Below, one piece after another: positions 27,972 to 38,530 of a stretch of DNA of 64,000 bases (the first letter of the stretch is position 1; each line of letters starts with the position of its first letter). Origin of the DNA: a virus; IMG/VR virus record IMGVR_UViG_3300031746_000002, positions 32,001 through 96,000 of that record; one strand, given 5' to 3'. The notes below the pieces were generated by a model. It did no database searches and was not told where the DNA came from. It worked only from the letters and a program-made list of their open reading frames with translations. The position numbers and the translations under genes are program-made.

Positions 27972-30900
27972 ACAGCAACCGTTCGTTCATCTTCATACAC
28001 ATTCCACATATTCTACGCAGGACGCTATTGGGTATCCTTCTGAAATTTTAAAACATGCAGAAGATATAGGGTTTAGGTCTATAGCAATAACAGACCACGG
28101 TAATATGAATATGGTTGCTAATCTTTATTTGGCTTCTAAAGATTTAAAGATCAAACCAATTTATGGTTGTGAATTTTATATGGTACCAAACTTAGAAAAA
28201 TGGAAAGCTAGAAAACTAGAAATTGAAGAACAAGTAAAGTTAATGAAAAAAAATTCTGAGGAAAAAGTAACACGTAAAGATTTCAAAGAGCTTCAAAGCG
28301 AATTACGTAAACGATTTCATATTATACTACTTGCAAAAAATATGGAAGGAATTAAAAATTTATATGAATTATGTTATCAATCAAATTTTGGTGATAACTT
28401 TTATTATAGACCACGAATCGATGTAAACTTAATAGAAAAACATTATAAAGGATTAATATGTACATCAACATGTTTAGCAGGTTATCTTAACAACCGTTTA
28501 GAAAAAGTTAAAGTGCTTGAAAGATTTAAAGACATGTTTGGTGAAGATTTATATTTTGAAATAATGATGAATGAAATGCCAGAACAAAAAGTATTAGACA
28601 CTGAAATACTTGAAGCATCAGACAGCCATGAAATACCTATAATTTATACGGGTGATGTCCATTATATATTAAAGGAAGATGCGATAGCTAGAGACGCCTT
28701 GCGTATGTTAAGATTGAAACAAGTAGTGTCTTCTAAGCAGAAAGATGATAGTGTAAATTGTGAGCAGATGTATTTACGAACTTATGATGAAGTAATGGAA
28801 GCATACAGTGATTTTAAATATAATAAAATATTCAGCAAAGATATGCTTAAATTATTTATGAAGAACACATTAGAAATCGATGAAAAAATAGAACGACTAG
28901 ATTTTTCATATAAAACAGAACATACTATCAGATGGAAAAATGATTATGATAGATTAAAGGAATTATGTTATAATGCTTTAGACAAACGTATACCAAAAGA
29001 TAAACAGAAAGAATATGGAGCACAACTTAAAAAAGAGCTTGAAGTAATTCATGAAAAAAATATCAGCAGTTATTTTCTATTAATGAAAGTAATTGTTAAT
29101 TATGCCAAGGAAGAAATGATAGTTGGTTGTGGCAGAGGTTCAGCAGCAGGTTGTTTAGTAAGTTATCTTTTAAATATCACTGAGATTGACCCATTAAAAT
29201 TTGGATTATATTTTGAACGATTTATAAACATTGAAAGAAAAGAACTTCCAGATATCGATTTGGATTTTCAATATCCAGAAAAAGTAAAAAGTTATTTAAG
29301 CAACAGATTTGGTTATGACAATGTTGCAAGCATTGCTTCATATGGAACATTTCAAATTAAAGGATTATTAAAAGATCTCATAAGGGTTTATGAAGTACCA
29401 ATGGATATGATGCAGGTGAATAGACTCACAAAGGATATTGATAAAGAATTATCAGTACTGCTTCAAGACACAGAACAAAAAGGTATTGTAGTAACAACAT
29501 ATGATGTAGCTTATAAAACTTCTAAATCACTTAAAGAATTTTTAGATAAGCATGAGAAAATAGCAAAAGTGATGCAGATATTACATGGACAAATAAGACA
29601 TATCACAAGGCATGCTGCTGGTGTAATAGTTTGTAAGGGTTTAAAATCAAAACTTCCATTACAACGAATTAAAGATATTTTATGTACTTCATTTATGGAA
29701 GGCGGATCAAAGCACGAACTTTCTAAAATGGGATTTGTTAAACTAGATATTTTAGGATTGAATGCATTATCAATAGCAGACGACACATTAAAGTTAATAG
29801 GTAAAACATATGAATACGTACATCCTGATCATTTAAATATTGAAGATAAGAAAGTATATAATGATGTATACAACAAAAAAAATTATATAGGTATATTTCA
29901 GTTTGATGCAAAGAGCATGAGAGACGTTGCTAGCAGCGGTAAAATAACAACGTTTGAAGATTTAATAGCTCTGAATGCATTGGATAGACCTGGACCAATC
30001 AGAAGTGGAATGCATTTAGATTTCTTTAAAAATAAACAAGACTCTTCAAAGATAGAATATTTGCATGAAAGATTACGACCAATACTTGAAGGAACATACG
30101 GTATTTTATGTTACCAAGAACAAATGATGCAGATAGCACAACAATTAGCTGACTTTGATCTAGCTGAAACTAATGTACTACGAAAAGCAATTGTAAAAAC
30201 AAGTAAAGAAGATATAGACAAGAATGAAAAACTTAGAGCTGAACTTAAAATAAGATTTTTAAAAGGTTGTGCAGATAACAAAATCAATAAAGATATTGCA
30301 GAAAAGATATGGGAATTGATGGCTAAGTTTGCAGGTTATGCTTTTAATAAGGCTCACAGTGCGTCATATGCTATGGTAGGTTATCAATTAGCTTTTCTTA
30401 AAACATATCATCCAAAAGAATTTTATGCTGCTGTATTAAACAATGACCAGTTTGATAACTATAGTGCTATAATACAAGAGATAAAAAATAATGGTATAGA
30501 GATTGAGTCTGTAGATATAAGATACAGTGAAATTAATTTCTCTCTTAAGGATGGAAAAATATATTGGGCATTTTCAAAAATCAAAGGAGTGGGAGATAAA
30601 GCAGCTGAAGCCATTATAGATGTAAGAAAATCTTACGAATTTAAAGGTATTAAAACATTTTTGAAAAGTCCTATGAACTGGCGAATAGTTAATAAAAGAG
30701 TGGTAGAGTCTTTGATCAGTTGTGGTGCATTTGATTTTCAAACAAATTTTGGAGGTAATGTAAAACAACTATTAGAATTTTATAACATGTGGAACAAGGG
30801 ACAAAAAAATAAATTTAAGAAAAGTGAAAAGAATGATCCAGACTTAGTGAAAAGAAAAATGAATGAAACTATGCAAGAAGTTGAAGAGTTAAAAACTGAA

Positions 30901-31305
30901 GATTATAATATTACTGAGAAATCATTTATAGAATATAATTTATTAGGCACTAATTTAAAATATTCACCTTTTAGTTTGGGTGAAAGACCAGAAATAATAA
31001 AGCAGCTTGTTGATATTGGTATAAATGGTAGTTTTAAAGATGAGAAACAATTTTTCATTGTATCACCAATGTCGATACGAGAACAACGGGATAAAAAGAA
31101 ACGATTGATGGCTTTTGTAACATTTATGGATTTTATGGGTGAAGTTAAAAATGGTATTGTGTTTTCATCAAATTATAAATCTGGAGCATTAGAAATAGGT
31201 AATGTTTATTCTGTCTGTGGAGAGTTAAAAGAAAATAATTTCTTTGTTTCAAAAATAAAAACAGTAGAACATTTAGGAAAAAAAATGTCAGGAGAGGAGG
31301 ATTAG
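27961..31305 (+). CDS. dnaE: DNA polymerase III alpha subunit
   Basis: HLHTHSTYS PHP domain, GRGSAAG, PDIDLDF, KLDILGL, YAFNKAHS. Confidence 0.97.
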   Translation: MANKQQPFVHLHTHSTYSTQDAIGYPSEILKHAEDIGFRSIAITDHGNMNMVANLYLASKDLKIKPIYGCEFYMVPNLEKWKARKLEIEEQVKLMKKNSEEKVTRKDFKELQSELRKRFHIILLAKNMEGIKNLYELCYQSNFGDNFYYRPRIDVNLIEKHYKGLICTSTCLAGYLNNRLEKVKVLERFKDMFGEDLYFEIMMNEMPEQKVLDTEILEASDSHEIPIIYTGDVHYILKEDAIARDALRMLRLKQVVSSKQKDDSVNCEQMYLRTYDEVMEAYSDFKYNKIFSKDMLKLFMKNTLEIDEKIERLDFSYKTEHTIRWKNDYDRLKELCYNALDKRIPKDKQKEYGAQLKKELEVIHEKNISSYFLLMKVIVNYAKEEMIVGCGRGSAAGCLVSYLLNITEIDPLKFGLYFERFINIERKELPDIDLDFQYPEKVKSYLSNRFGYDNVASIASYGTFQIKGLLKDLIRVYEVPMDMMQVNRLTKDIDKELSVLLQDTEQKGIVVTTYDVAYKTSKSLKEFLDKHEKIAKVMQILHGQIRHITRHAAGVIVCKGLKSKLPLQRIKDILCTSFMEGGSKHELSKMGFVKLDILGLNALSIADDTLKLIGKTYEYVHPDHLNIEDKKVYNDVYNKKNYIGIFQFDAKSMRDVASSGKITTFEDLIALNALDRPGPIRSGMHLDFFKNKQDSSKIEYLHERLRPILEGTYGILCYQEQMMQIAQQLADFDLAETNVLRKAIVKTSKEDIDKNEKLRAELKIRFLKGCADNKINKDIAEKIWELMAKFAGYAFNKAHSASYAMVGYQLAFLKTYHPKEFYAAVLNNDQFDNYSAIIQEIKNNGIEIESVDIRYSEINFSLKDGKIYWAFSKIKGVGDKAAEAIIDVRKSYEFKGIKTFLKSPMNWRIVNKRVVESLISCGAFDFQTNFGGNVKQLLEFYNMWNKGQKNKFKKSEKNDPDLVKRKMNETMQEVEELKTEDYNITEKSFIEYNLLGTNLKYSPFSLGERPEIIKQLVDIGINGSFKDEKQFFIVSPMSIREQRDKKKRLMAFVTFMDFMGEVKNGIVFSSNYKSGALEIGNVYSVCGELKENNFFVSKIKTVEHLGKKMSGEED

Positions 31306-31306
31306 T

Positions 31307-31582
31307 ATGTTTAAGTATGAACTTGGGCAAAAAGCAAAGGACAAGATTTCAGGATTTGCAGGTATCATAGTGGCAAGGATAGAGTTTCTTAATGGGTGTA
31401 AAAGATATTCATTAGCTCCAGAAAAACTCAAAGATGAAAAACCAATTGATAGTGAATATTTTGATGAAGAACAAATAATTGTAAAAGCATTGAATAAAGC
31501 AAAAAAAGAAAAGGAAAAAGAAGGACCAGGTGGTCCATACAAAAAACCTAATGATGGATTAAAAGTAAAAGTAAAGTTTTAA
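31307..31582 (+). CDS. Hypothetical phage protein
   Basis: ORF with GGAGG RBS. Confidence 0.65.
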   Translation: MFKYELGQKAKDKISGFAGIIVARIEFLNGCKRYSLAPEKLKDEKPIDSEYFDEEQIIVKALNKAKKEKEKEGPGGPYKKPNDGLKVKVKF

Positions 31583-31591
31583 GGAGGAACA

Positions 31592-31990
31592 ATGGCAGAT
31601 CAGGAAAAAGCTACGGATAATACTATATTGGATAGGCTGCATATAATGTTAAATTATCAGAAACAAATTTATGCTGCTGATAATGTACTTAAGACTAAAA
31701 CTCATAATGATAGAGCACATTGGTTCTGTGGTGGTATCATTATGGAAGCTTCTGAAGTAATGGATAAAACAAAGTTTCGTCATTGGAAAGATGAAGAAGA
31801 AGCACCAATAGCTGAAGTCAAAAAAGAAATAATTGATTTGATACATTATGTTTTAGATTTATGTATTGAATTTGATATGACAGCTGAAGAAATATATGAA
31901 GTCTATGTAGCTAAAGCACAGAAAAATTTAAAGAGGTTTGAAATAGGTAAAAAAGCAGCAGATAAAATTGATGAGCAGACTAATAAATAA
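31592..31990 (+). CDS. All-alpha dimeric dUTPase / MazG-like NTP pyrophosphatase
   Basis: EASE...HWK...EIIDLIHY...YVAKAQKN. Confidence 0.8.
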   Translation: MADQEKATDNTILDRLHIMLNYQKQIYAADNVLKTKTHNDRAHWFCGGIIMEASEVMDKTKFRHWKDEEEAPIAEVKKEIIDLIHYVLDLCIEFDMTAEEIYEVYVAKAQKNLKRFEIGKKAADKIDEQTNK

Positions 31991-32042
31991 TTATAAAAAA
32001 GCTTATTAATTATAATAAGTTAAATTCAAAAGGAGGAAGAGT

Positions 32043-32618
32043 ATGAAAATTCACGTGGACGAAGACAAGCCGGTAGTTCAAGAAGGACGTTACAAAGTAA
32101 GGTTCATTAAACACGAAGCAGGTATTCCAGGGCAGGGACCGGGAAGTTCAGGCACAAGGTTAACATTTCAGGTTTTATCCAAAGAGTTTAAAGGTGAAAC
32201 TGTAAATTGTATAATTTGGATGAAAAAAGATGATGATAATGAATATCATATACTTGAAAGGGAACCTGGCTATAAACTTCTGTTGGGATTAAATAAAGGT
32301 AAAGAAATTTCTGATATTAAATTCAAACCTCTTTATGATGAAGTTTATTGGGTTGAAGTAATTCACAAGCAGAACAAAGATGGTGATAGAACATTCGCCA
32401 ATGTTACTGAAATAGAACCATATGAAAAAGAAGAAGAGAAAGAAGAAAAACCAGAGAAAACAGAAAAAAAGAAATCATCTGATGATGATGATAAAGACAC
32501 TGAAGACAAAGATTTTAAAGATGATGACAAAGGGAAAGACAAAGACAAGTCTTCAAAAAAGAAAGGCAAAGAAGAGGAAATAGACGACAAAGAACTAGAC
32601 GATGGAGATGATGAATAA
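32043..32618 (+). CDS. Probable ssDNA-binding protein (DUF669-like OB fold with acidic tail)
   Basis: EGRYKV start, FANV end of fold, long acidic C-terminus. Confidence 0.6.
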   Translation: MKIHVDEDKPVVQEGRYKVRFIKHEAGIPGQGPGSSGTRLTFQVLSKEFKGETVNCIIWMKKDDDNEYHILEREPGYKLLLGLNKGKEISDIKFKPLYDEVYWVEVIHKQNKDGDRTFANVTEIEPYEKEEEKEEKPEKTEKKKSSDDDDKDTEDKDFKDDDKGKDKDKSSKKKGKEEEIDDKELDDGDDE

Positions 32619-32650
32619 GGAATAAAGAACAAACGAATAGGGAGGATAAC

Positions 32651-33238
32651 ATGGCAGTTAAATATGATAAGAAGTGGTTAATGGACCAGTTGAAGTTAAG
32701 GGATATTGATTTTGATACAATAATAAAACCTCTCGACCACAAGAAATACCGAGAGGAAATAAAAGAATTCAGCATAGAACTAGATGAAGACCCATGTTCT
32801 GATTTACAAGCAGTACTAGCTAACTATGCCAAAATCGATGCATTCAATCAGCGGACATTAAAAATTAGTTCTATAGCAAGGCGGTCTTTAATGCGGAAAG
32901 AACACATGTTAAAGACTATAAATTCAGTAATTGAATTGGAACTATTTAAACTTCAATCAACTGACTCTGAGATTATAGAGCTATCATCTGCTGACAAAAG
33001 GAAAGCGATGGCTGAACAAAAGATACAAGACTTAAGGTTACTAGAGGATCAAATCACTACTGACCTTGTAGAAGCTAAGGCATTCATGCATGATATTGAT
33101 ATTAAGAAAGAAGCTATCGAGTCAAGTTATAATTCACTGAGTAGGCAACAGGCTTTGATAGAGGGTCCAATACTTGTAGTTGACCCAGGTAAATTAAAGT
33201 ATCATGTAGGAAAATCAGTGAAAGTAAATCCAGATTAA
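32651..33238 (+). CDS. Helical protein, possible recombination mediator (UvsY-like)
   Basis: Coiled-coil between SSB and RecA. Confidence 0.4.
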   Translation: MAVKYDKKWLMDQLKLRDIDFDTIIKPLDHKKYREEIKEFSIELDEDPCSDLQAVLANYAKIDAFNQRTLKISSIARRSLMRKEHMLKTINSVIELELFKLQSTDSEIIELSSADKRKAMAEQKIQDLRLLEDQITTDLVEAKAFMHDIDIKKEAIESSYNSLSRQQALIEGPILVVDPGKLKYHVGKSVKVNPD

Positions 33239-33249
33239 GGATTACTGTT

Positions 33250-34224
33250 ATGGAAAAGAAAAATATTAAGCAAGCAATTGAAGAAGTAAGAAAGTTTGGT
33301 GTTGATATTGGCAAAGCTTCTGATGGTTCCGCTGATGATAATATTAAAGTGATACCTACTGGTTCTTTGATGTTAGATATGGCAATAGGAACTGGTGGGT
33401 ATCCTTGCGGAACATTGATAGAAGTTTTTGGCCCAGAGTCTGGTGGTAAATCAACACTATCTTTGCTTGCAGTAAAACAATGCCAAAAAGCTGGTGGCAC
33501 TGCAGCGCTTTTAGATATAGAGAATTCATTTAATAAAAAATGGGCTAGATCATTAGGTGTTGATGTGGATAATCTTTGGAGAGCACAGCCTGATAATGCA
33601 GAAAAAACTTTGGACACTGCAATTAAACTTATTGATGGTGGTTTTGATTTAATTGTAATTGATAGTACTGCTGCATTAATACCCAAAGCAGAAGTAGAGG
33701 GTAATCTTGAAGATGCAACAATGGCACCGTTAGCTAGGGTTATGTCTAAAGGTTTACGAAAAATTGTTAATCGTATAAAAAGAACAGATGCAGTGCTTAT
33801 TTTTATAAATCAGATACGTGAAAAAGTAGGAACAATGTGGGGAAGTCCAGAAGATACACCGGGTGGAAGAGCATTAAAATTTTATAGTGCATTAAGAATA
33901 AGAGTGGCAAAAGTTTCAAGATCAGAAAGGCTTAATGAACTTAATGAACCAATGGGACATAGTGTTAAATTTAAAGTAGTAAAAAATAAAGTAGGACCAC
34001 CTTTACGAGAAGGAGAATTTTATCTCAGCTATACTAAAGGTGTTAAACGAAGTGAAGAAGTCTTTGCTCTTGGCATAAAGTTTGAAATCATTGGTTTTAC
34101 TGGTGGAAAAACTTATACATTTGAAGACTATAAATGGAATGGAAAAGAACAATGCAAAATGGCGTTAAAAGAAAGCAAAGAGCTAAGACAAAAAATAACT
34201 GCATTGATACTAAAAAAATTATAA
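33250..34224 (+). CDS. recA: Recombinase RecA
   Basis: GPESGGKST, IDSTAAL, FINQIREK, GGRALKFY, KNKVGPP. Confidence 0.97.
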   Translation: MEKKNIKQAIEEVRKFGVDIGKASDGSADDNIKVIPTGSLMLDMAIGTGGYPCGTLIEVFGPESGGKSTLSLLAVKQCQKAGGTAALLDIENSFNKKWARSLGVDVDNLWRAQPDNAEKTLDTAIKLIDGGFDLIVIDSTAALIPKAEVEGNLEDATMAPLARVMSKGLRKIVNRIKRTDAVLIFINQIREKVGTMWGSPEDTPGGRALKFYSALRIRVAKVSRSERLNELNEPMGHSVKFKVVKNKVGPPLREGEFYLSYTKGVKRSEEVFALGIKFEIIGFTGGKTYTFEDYKWNGKEQCKMALKESKELRQKITALILKKL

Positions 34225-34742
34225 ACGAGAAGCATTGGTTTATACTGTATTATGCAGGCATAAGATTACATAAGCTGTTAATTTTGTTAAACAGATGTTT
34301 TGCTGATACTGAAGTTTGGTACCCTACATATACAATAAGGAAATATAATAATAGGAAATTAATCTATGAAACACGATATATTCCATTTTATCCAAACTAT
34401 CTTTTTATCTATACTAATCTTGAATTTGTTTTTTCAAACAAGATTACAGATGAAACTGCTAGAGTAAGATTTATAAAAAGTAACAATGCTTATTATTATC
34501 TTGATGATGAAGAAATTGGAATAATAAAAGAATTAGAAAAAGAACTTGCTGTTTCTAAAGATATAATTGAAGATGAATGTATTTTTAAAGAGGATGATGA
34601 AGTTAGAATAATTTCAGGACCGTTCGAAAATTGTAATGGTAGAATTTTAAAAATATCCAAAGAAAAAGTTATAGTACATATCGTAATATTTGGTAGAGAA
34701 ACAAAATTTGAAACTGAAGTTAAAGGTATAGTAAAATTATGA
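34134..34742 (+). CDS. nusG: NusG paralog (NGN plus KOW) antiterminator; start uncertain
   Basis: WFILY, PFYPNYLFI, VRIISGPFENCNG, IFGRET. Confidence 0.85.
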   Translation: MEWKRTMQNGVKRKQRAKTKNNCIDTKKIINEKHWFILYYAGIRLHKLLILLNRCFADTEVWYPTYTIRKYNNRKLIYETRYIPFYPNYLFIYTNLEFVFSNKITDETARVRFIKSNNAYYYLDDEEIGIIKELEKELAVSKDIIEDECIFKEDDEVRIISGPFENCNGRILKISKEKVIVHIVIFGRETKFETEVKGIVKL

Positions 34743-35749
34743 AGATCAAAAGTGTAAGATTAAAAAACTTTCAGGGTTATGAAGATACTAAAATAGAATT
34801 TGCACCAACATTCAATGTAATTATTGGTAGGAATGAAAGTGGAAAATCTAGTATTGTTAGAGCATTGAACTTTGTATTTTGTAATGAATGGTCAAAAGAT
34901 TTTGTTCGTAATGATGCAGATGAAACTCAAATCATAGTTACATTAGACTCAGGTATAAAGATCTTTAGAACTAAAGGTAATACTACTAATCGATGCACAA
35001 TTAAATATAATGATGATAAAAAAGATGTTTTTGAAAATTTTGGTACAACACTTCCTAAAAAAGTATCTGAAATACTTGAAGTCAATCCATTGAAATTAGA
35101 TGAACATACAGAAATCAATATGATTGTTGCTGGACAGCATGATGGATTATTCTTATTGCAAGAACCAGGAACACTGAAAGCAAAACTATTAGGCAAAATT
35201 TCTGGCTTACATTATATAGACTTTGCATTAAGAGACATTGCAAAGGATAAGAAAAATTTAATGATTGTTACACAGGAAAGAAATAATGAACTTCAACTCA
35301 TCTCCAAAGAATTAGAACAGTTTGAAGACATCAGTATTTATGAAAAACAATTGAGTTCTATAGAAAAGGATATAATATCATTACAAGATGACGAAACGAA
35401 GTTACAAAAATTATTAGATACAAATATACAATTAAAAGAATTGAATGTTAAAATAGCTAATTTAGCAGATGATGCTGAACGATATGATAAAATAAATTTT
35501 GAAGATTATGATAAATTAGAATTACTTATGAGAAAAATGGACATGTTAAATGTATCATTTCAAACTATTAATAATTTTGAAACTCAAATAGAAAATAAAA
35601 AGCAGCAGCTTAAAGATTTAAAAGAGGATATGGACAAAGTTGTAGAACAATATGTTTCATTATTAAAGACATCAAAGACTTGCCCAGTATGTTCAGCTGA
35701 AATTACAACAGGACAAGTTAAGAAAATAATAGAGGAAATCAATGTATAA
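34739..35749 (+). CDS. sbcC: SbcC/Rad50 N-terminal half ending in the zinc hook
   Basis: LKNFQ, GRNESGKSS, Q-loop, coiled coil, CPVC. Confidence 0.85.
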   Translation: MKIKSVRLKNFQGYEDTKIEFAPTFNVIIGRNESGKSSIVRALNFVFCNEWSKDFVRNDADETQIIVTLDSGIKIFRTKGNTTNRCTIKYNDDKKDVFENFGTTLPKKVSEILEVNPLKLDEHTEINMIVAGQHDGLFLLQEPGTLKAKLLGKISGLHYIDFALRDIAKDKKNLMIVTQERNNELQLISKELEQFEDISIYEKQLSSIEKDIISLQDDETKLQKLLDTNIQLKELNVKIANLADDAERYDKINFEDYDKLELLMRKMDMLNVSFQTINNFETQIENKKQQLKDLKEDMDKVVEQYVSLLKTSKTCPVCSAEITTGQVKKIIEEINV

Positions 35750-36695
35750 AATTTTATACTTTACAGATACTCATTTTTCTTATCAACGACCGAAATATCG
35801 TATTGATGATTTCTTAGAAACACAAATAAATAAATTACAGCAGATACAACAAATTATAAAAGATGAAAAGATCGAATTAGTAATTTTTGGCGGAGATATG
35901 TTTCATTCATATCAACCACATAATGTAATACTTGGTGAAGTGTTACATGGATTTTTAAAATTTGATAGGTTGATATTTACTATTATGGGCAATCATGACT
36001 TAATAGGATATAATCATAATGCATTACCGGAAACAGGATTAGGAGTTATGTGTAAAGCTGGTGTAGTACAATTGATAAAGCAGGAAACAAAATTTATACC
36101 AAAAAATAATCCAGAACTAACAATGTTTGCTATACATTATAGAAAACAGCAGGATTTATCAACGTATGATTTAAAACCAGAGAAAGATAAAGTGTATGGT
36201 ACAAAAATTATTGTTAGTCATGATATGATTACACCAACTGAACAAAAATATGAATCGATTTTAATTAAAGATGTAGCAAAAGTTACAAATGCAGATATTA
36301 TTTTATGTTCACATTATCATGGTTCATTCTTAGAAAAAGTAAATAATACTTGGTTTGTAAATCCAGGTGCATTAGTAAGACGAAAGATTACTGATGCTGA
36401 TCATAAACCACAAATTGCTATCATTGAAATTGATAAAAAAATTAAAATAGATTTTATATCATTAGTTACTAAAAAGAATAATGAAATTTTTAACATTGAA
36501 GCTATGGATAAAATTAAAACTAAAAAAGTTAACCTTGAAGATTTTATAACGTTGTTAAAAGAAACAAGAATAAAGGATACAGATATTGATAAGCATATAG
36601 ACAGATTAGGAGAGAAGCTGAAGATCAGCAAGGATATAATAAGTCTAGCAAAAGAACGAGTGCAGAAGGCTAGAATAACATTAGGGGGTGATTAA
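35742..36695 (+). CDS. sbcD: SbcD/Mre11 nuclease
   Basis: DTH, GGDMF, GNHD, SHYH, NPG. Confidence 0.9.
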   Translation: MYKILYFTDTHFSYQRPKYRIDDFLETQINKLQQIQQIIKDEKIELVIFGGDMFHSYQPHNVILGEVLHGFLKFDRLIFTIMGNHDLIGYNHNALPETGLGVMCKAGVVQLIKQETKFIPKNNPELTMFAIHYRKQQDLSTYDLKPEKDKVYGTKIIVSHDMITPTEQKYESILIKDVAKVTNADIILCSHYHGSFLEKVNNTWFVNPGALVRRKITDADHKPQIAIIEIDKKIKIDFISLVTKKNNEIFNIEAMDKIKTKKVNLEDFITLLKETRIKDTDIDKHIDRLGEKLKISKDIISLAKERVQKARITLGGD

Positions 36696-37025
36696 ATGAA
36701 ACTACCAGAATTAAAAAAAGGTGAAACATATGCGAAGGTAGAGATTATGCGAATTAATTCAGTGGGTTCTGATAATAATTCTTTTTCTGAAAAAGCTATA
36801 AAGTTTTGTGTTAAAAATTGGCGTAAAACTTTAGATCCCATAATGCGAGATAAAAATAAGAAAATAATTGGAAGAATTGTTAATGTAATATACGCTCCAG
36901 CTGACAAGGCACTTCAAGCAATTGCAATCATCAAAGAAAATAGAGTAAAAGAGCAAATGCCCGTTAATATCGAATTTGTGGACAAATTGCAATAAATTTT
37001 CTTAGAAAGGGCTTATTAATTAAAT

Positions 37026-37286
37026 ATGGATAATAAATTATTAGAACTTAAATCAAAGATAGATAGCATCAAGGAAAAAGTTCAGCTGTTAAAAGGTCAG
37101 CAACAATCATTGGCAAACTCTAAAAAAGAATTGCTTGATATGTTAAAGCAGAAAGAAAACATTTCAAGTACTTCAGAATTACATGATAAAATTGCAGAGC
37201 TTGAAGCTGATATTAAATCTAAGCAGGCAAAGTTAAATAAAGCACTTTCATCAATAACAATATCCGCTGGAGAAGAAGATGAGTGA
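37026..37286 (+). CDS. Coiled-coil protein, possible third SbcC piece
   Basis: Heptad pattern; overlaps the SbcC C-terminal gene. Confidence 0.55.
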   Translation: MDNKLLELKSKIDSIKEKVQLLKGQQQSLANSKKELLDMLKQKENISSTSELHDKIAELEADIKSKQAKLNKALSSITISAGEEDE

Positions 37287-37920
37287 GATTACCACAAATG
37301 ATATTATAAGAAAGTATAATAGTTATAAGTCTGAAATAGACCAACGTAAAGGACAGAAATTACAGTTGGAAAAAACTATTGAAAATCTAAAAAAATCTAT
37401 TGAAGAAGATGCAGGTCAAGAAAAGATACTTACAGATACAAATGCTTTTCTACAAGAATTAAATATACAGCGTAGAGAAACAACTGTAACTAGAATAGAA
37501 GATATTGTTACAGAAGCATTACAAGAAATTTTAAATAATGATAACATTAATTTCAAAATTATATTTGAAGCAAAACGTAGTGCAGTTAATACAGAGTTTA
37601 AAATTTTTAATAGTATTAACATGACTGAGTATGACATATTGACTTCACGTGGAGGCGCATTAGCTCATATAGTGAGTGTTGCTTTAAAAATAATCATTTC
37701 AAAATTATTAGGTTTAGAGCATTGTTTAATATTTGATGAGTCAGCAACATTTCTTGATGATGAAAATGTTGTAAGGTTTGCAGAATTTTTACAGAAAGTA
37801 AGTAAGCAACTTGATGTACAAATAATCTTTGTAACTCATATCAAACCAATTATTTCAGCAGCTGATAATGTTATTAAAATAAATTCAGTTAAGGGAAAAA
37901 GTTATGTCGAAGAGGACTAA
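37279..37920 (+). CDS. sbcC: SbcC/Rad50 C-terminal half
   Basis: Signature-like SRGG, Walker B LIFDE, VTH. Confidence 0.85.
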   Translation: MSEITTNDIIRKYNSYKSEIDQRKGQKLQLEKTIENLKKSIEEDAGQEKILTDTNAFLQELNIQRRETTVTRIEDIVTEALQEILNNDNINFKIIFEAKRSAVNTEFKIFNSINMTEYDILTSRGGALAHIVSVALKIIISKLLGLEHCLIFDESATFLDDENVVRFAEFLQKVSKQLDVQIIFVTHIKPIISAADNVIKINSVKGKSYVEED

Positions 37921-38530
37921 GTTTACTCAAGAATATATTACAAACTATTTATCAAAAGTATTTATACCAGCAAACCATGATGAATTAATTGTTGGGTTAG
38001 ATATGTCATTAGGAGCTTTTGGTGTTTGTGCGGTTAATACAAAAAAAGATATGCAAATGAATCAGTTGATTAAAGTAAAAACTAGAGGCGCTGAAAGATT
38101 AGCAAACATTAGAAGTCAATTAAAAATAACATTGGAACAAAATAATATTAAATTTGCTGTAATTGAAAGTTATGCTTATGGTAAAAGTGTAGGTAGATTT
38201 TTTGAAATAGGGGAATTAGGCGGAGTTATTAAACATTTATTATTTATACGAAATATACCATATATACTTATATCTCCAATGACACTTAAGAAATGGATAA
38301 CTGGTAGTGTTAAGGGAGACAAATCAGCAATACTATTACAGATATATAAAAAATATAAAGTAGAACTTAATGATAATAATTTGGGCGATGCATTTGTATT
38401 GGCACAAATTGGATGTGCTTTAAATAGTTTAGCAATAGGAAATAGTTCTATAGATGACTATCCAAAATATCAACAAGAATGTATAAAATCATTTATAGAT
38501 AAAATAAAGGAGAGAGAAAATGGCAATTGA
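37904..38530 (+). CDS. ruvC: RuvC-like Holliday junction resolvase
   Basis: VGLD, VIES, PMTLKKWITG..GDK, DNNLGDA. Confidence 0.85.
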   Translation: MSKRTKFTQEYITNYLSKVFIPANHDELIVGLDMSLGAFGVCAVNTKKDMQMNQLIKVKTRGAERLANIRSQLKITLEQNNIKFAVIESYAYGKSVGRFFEIGELGGVIKHLLFIRNIPYILISPMTLKKWITGSVKGDKSAILLQIYKKYKVELNDNNLGDAFVLAQIGCALNSLAIGNSSIDDYPKYQQECIKSFIDKIKERENGN

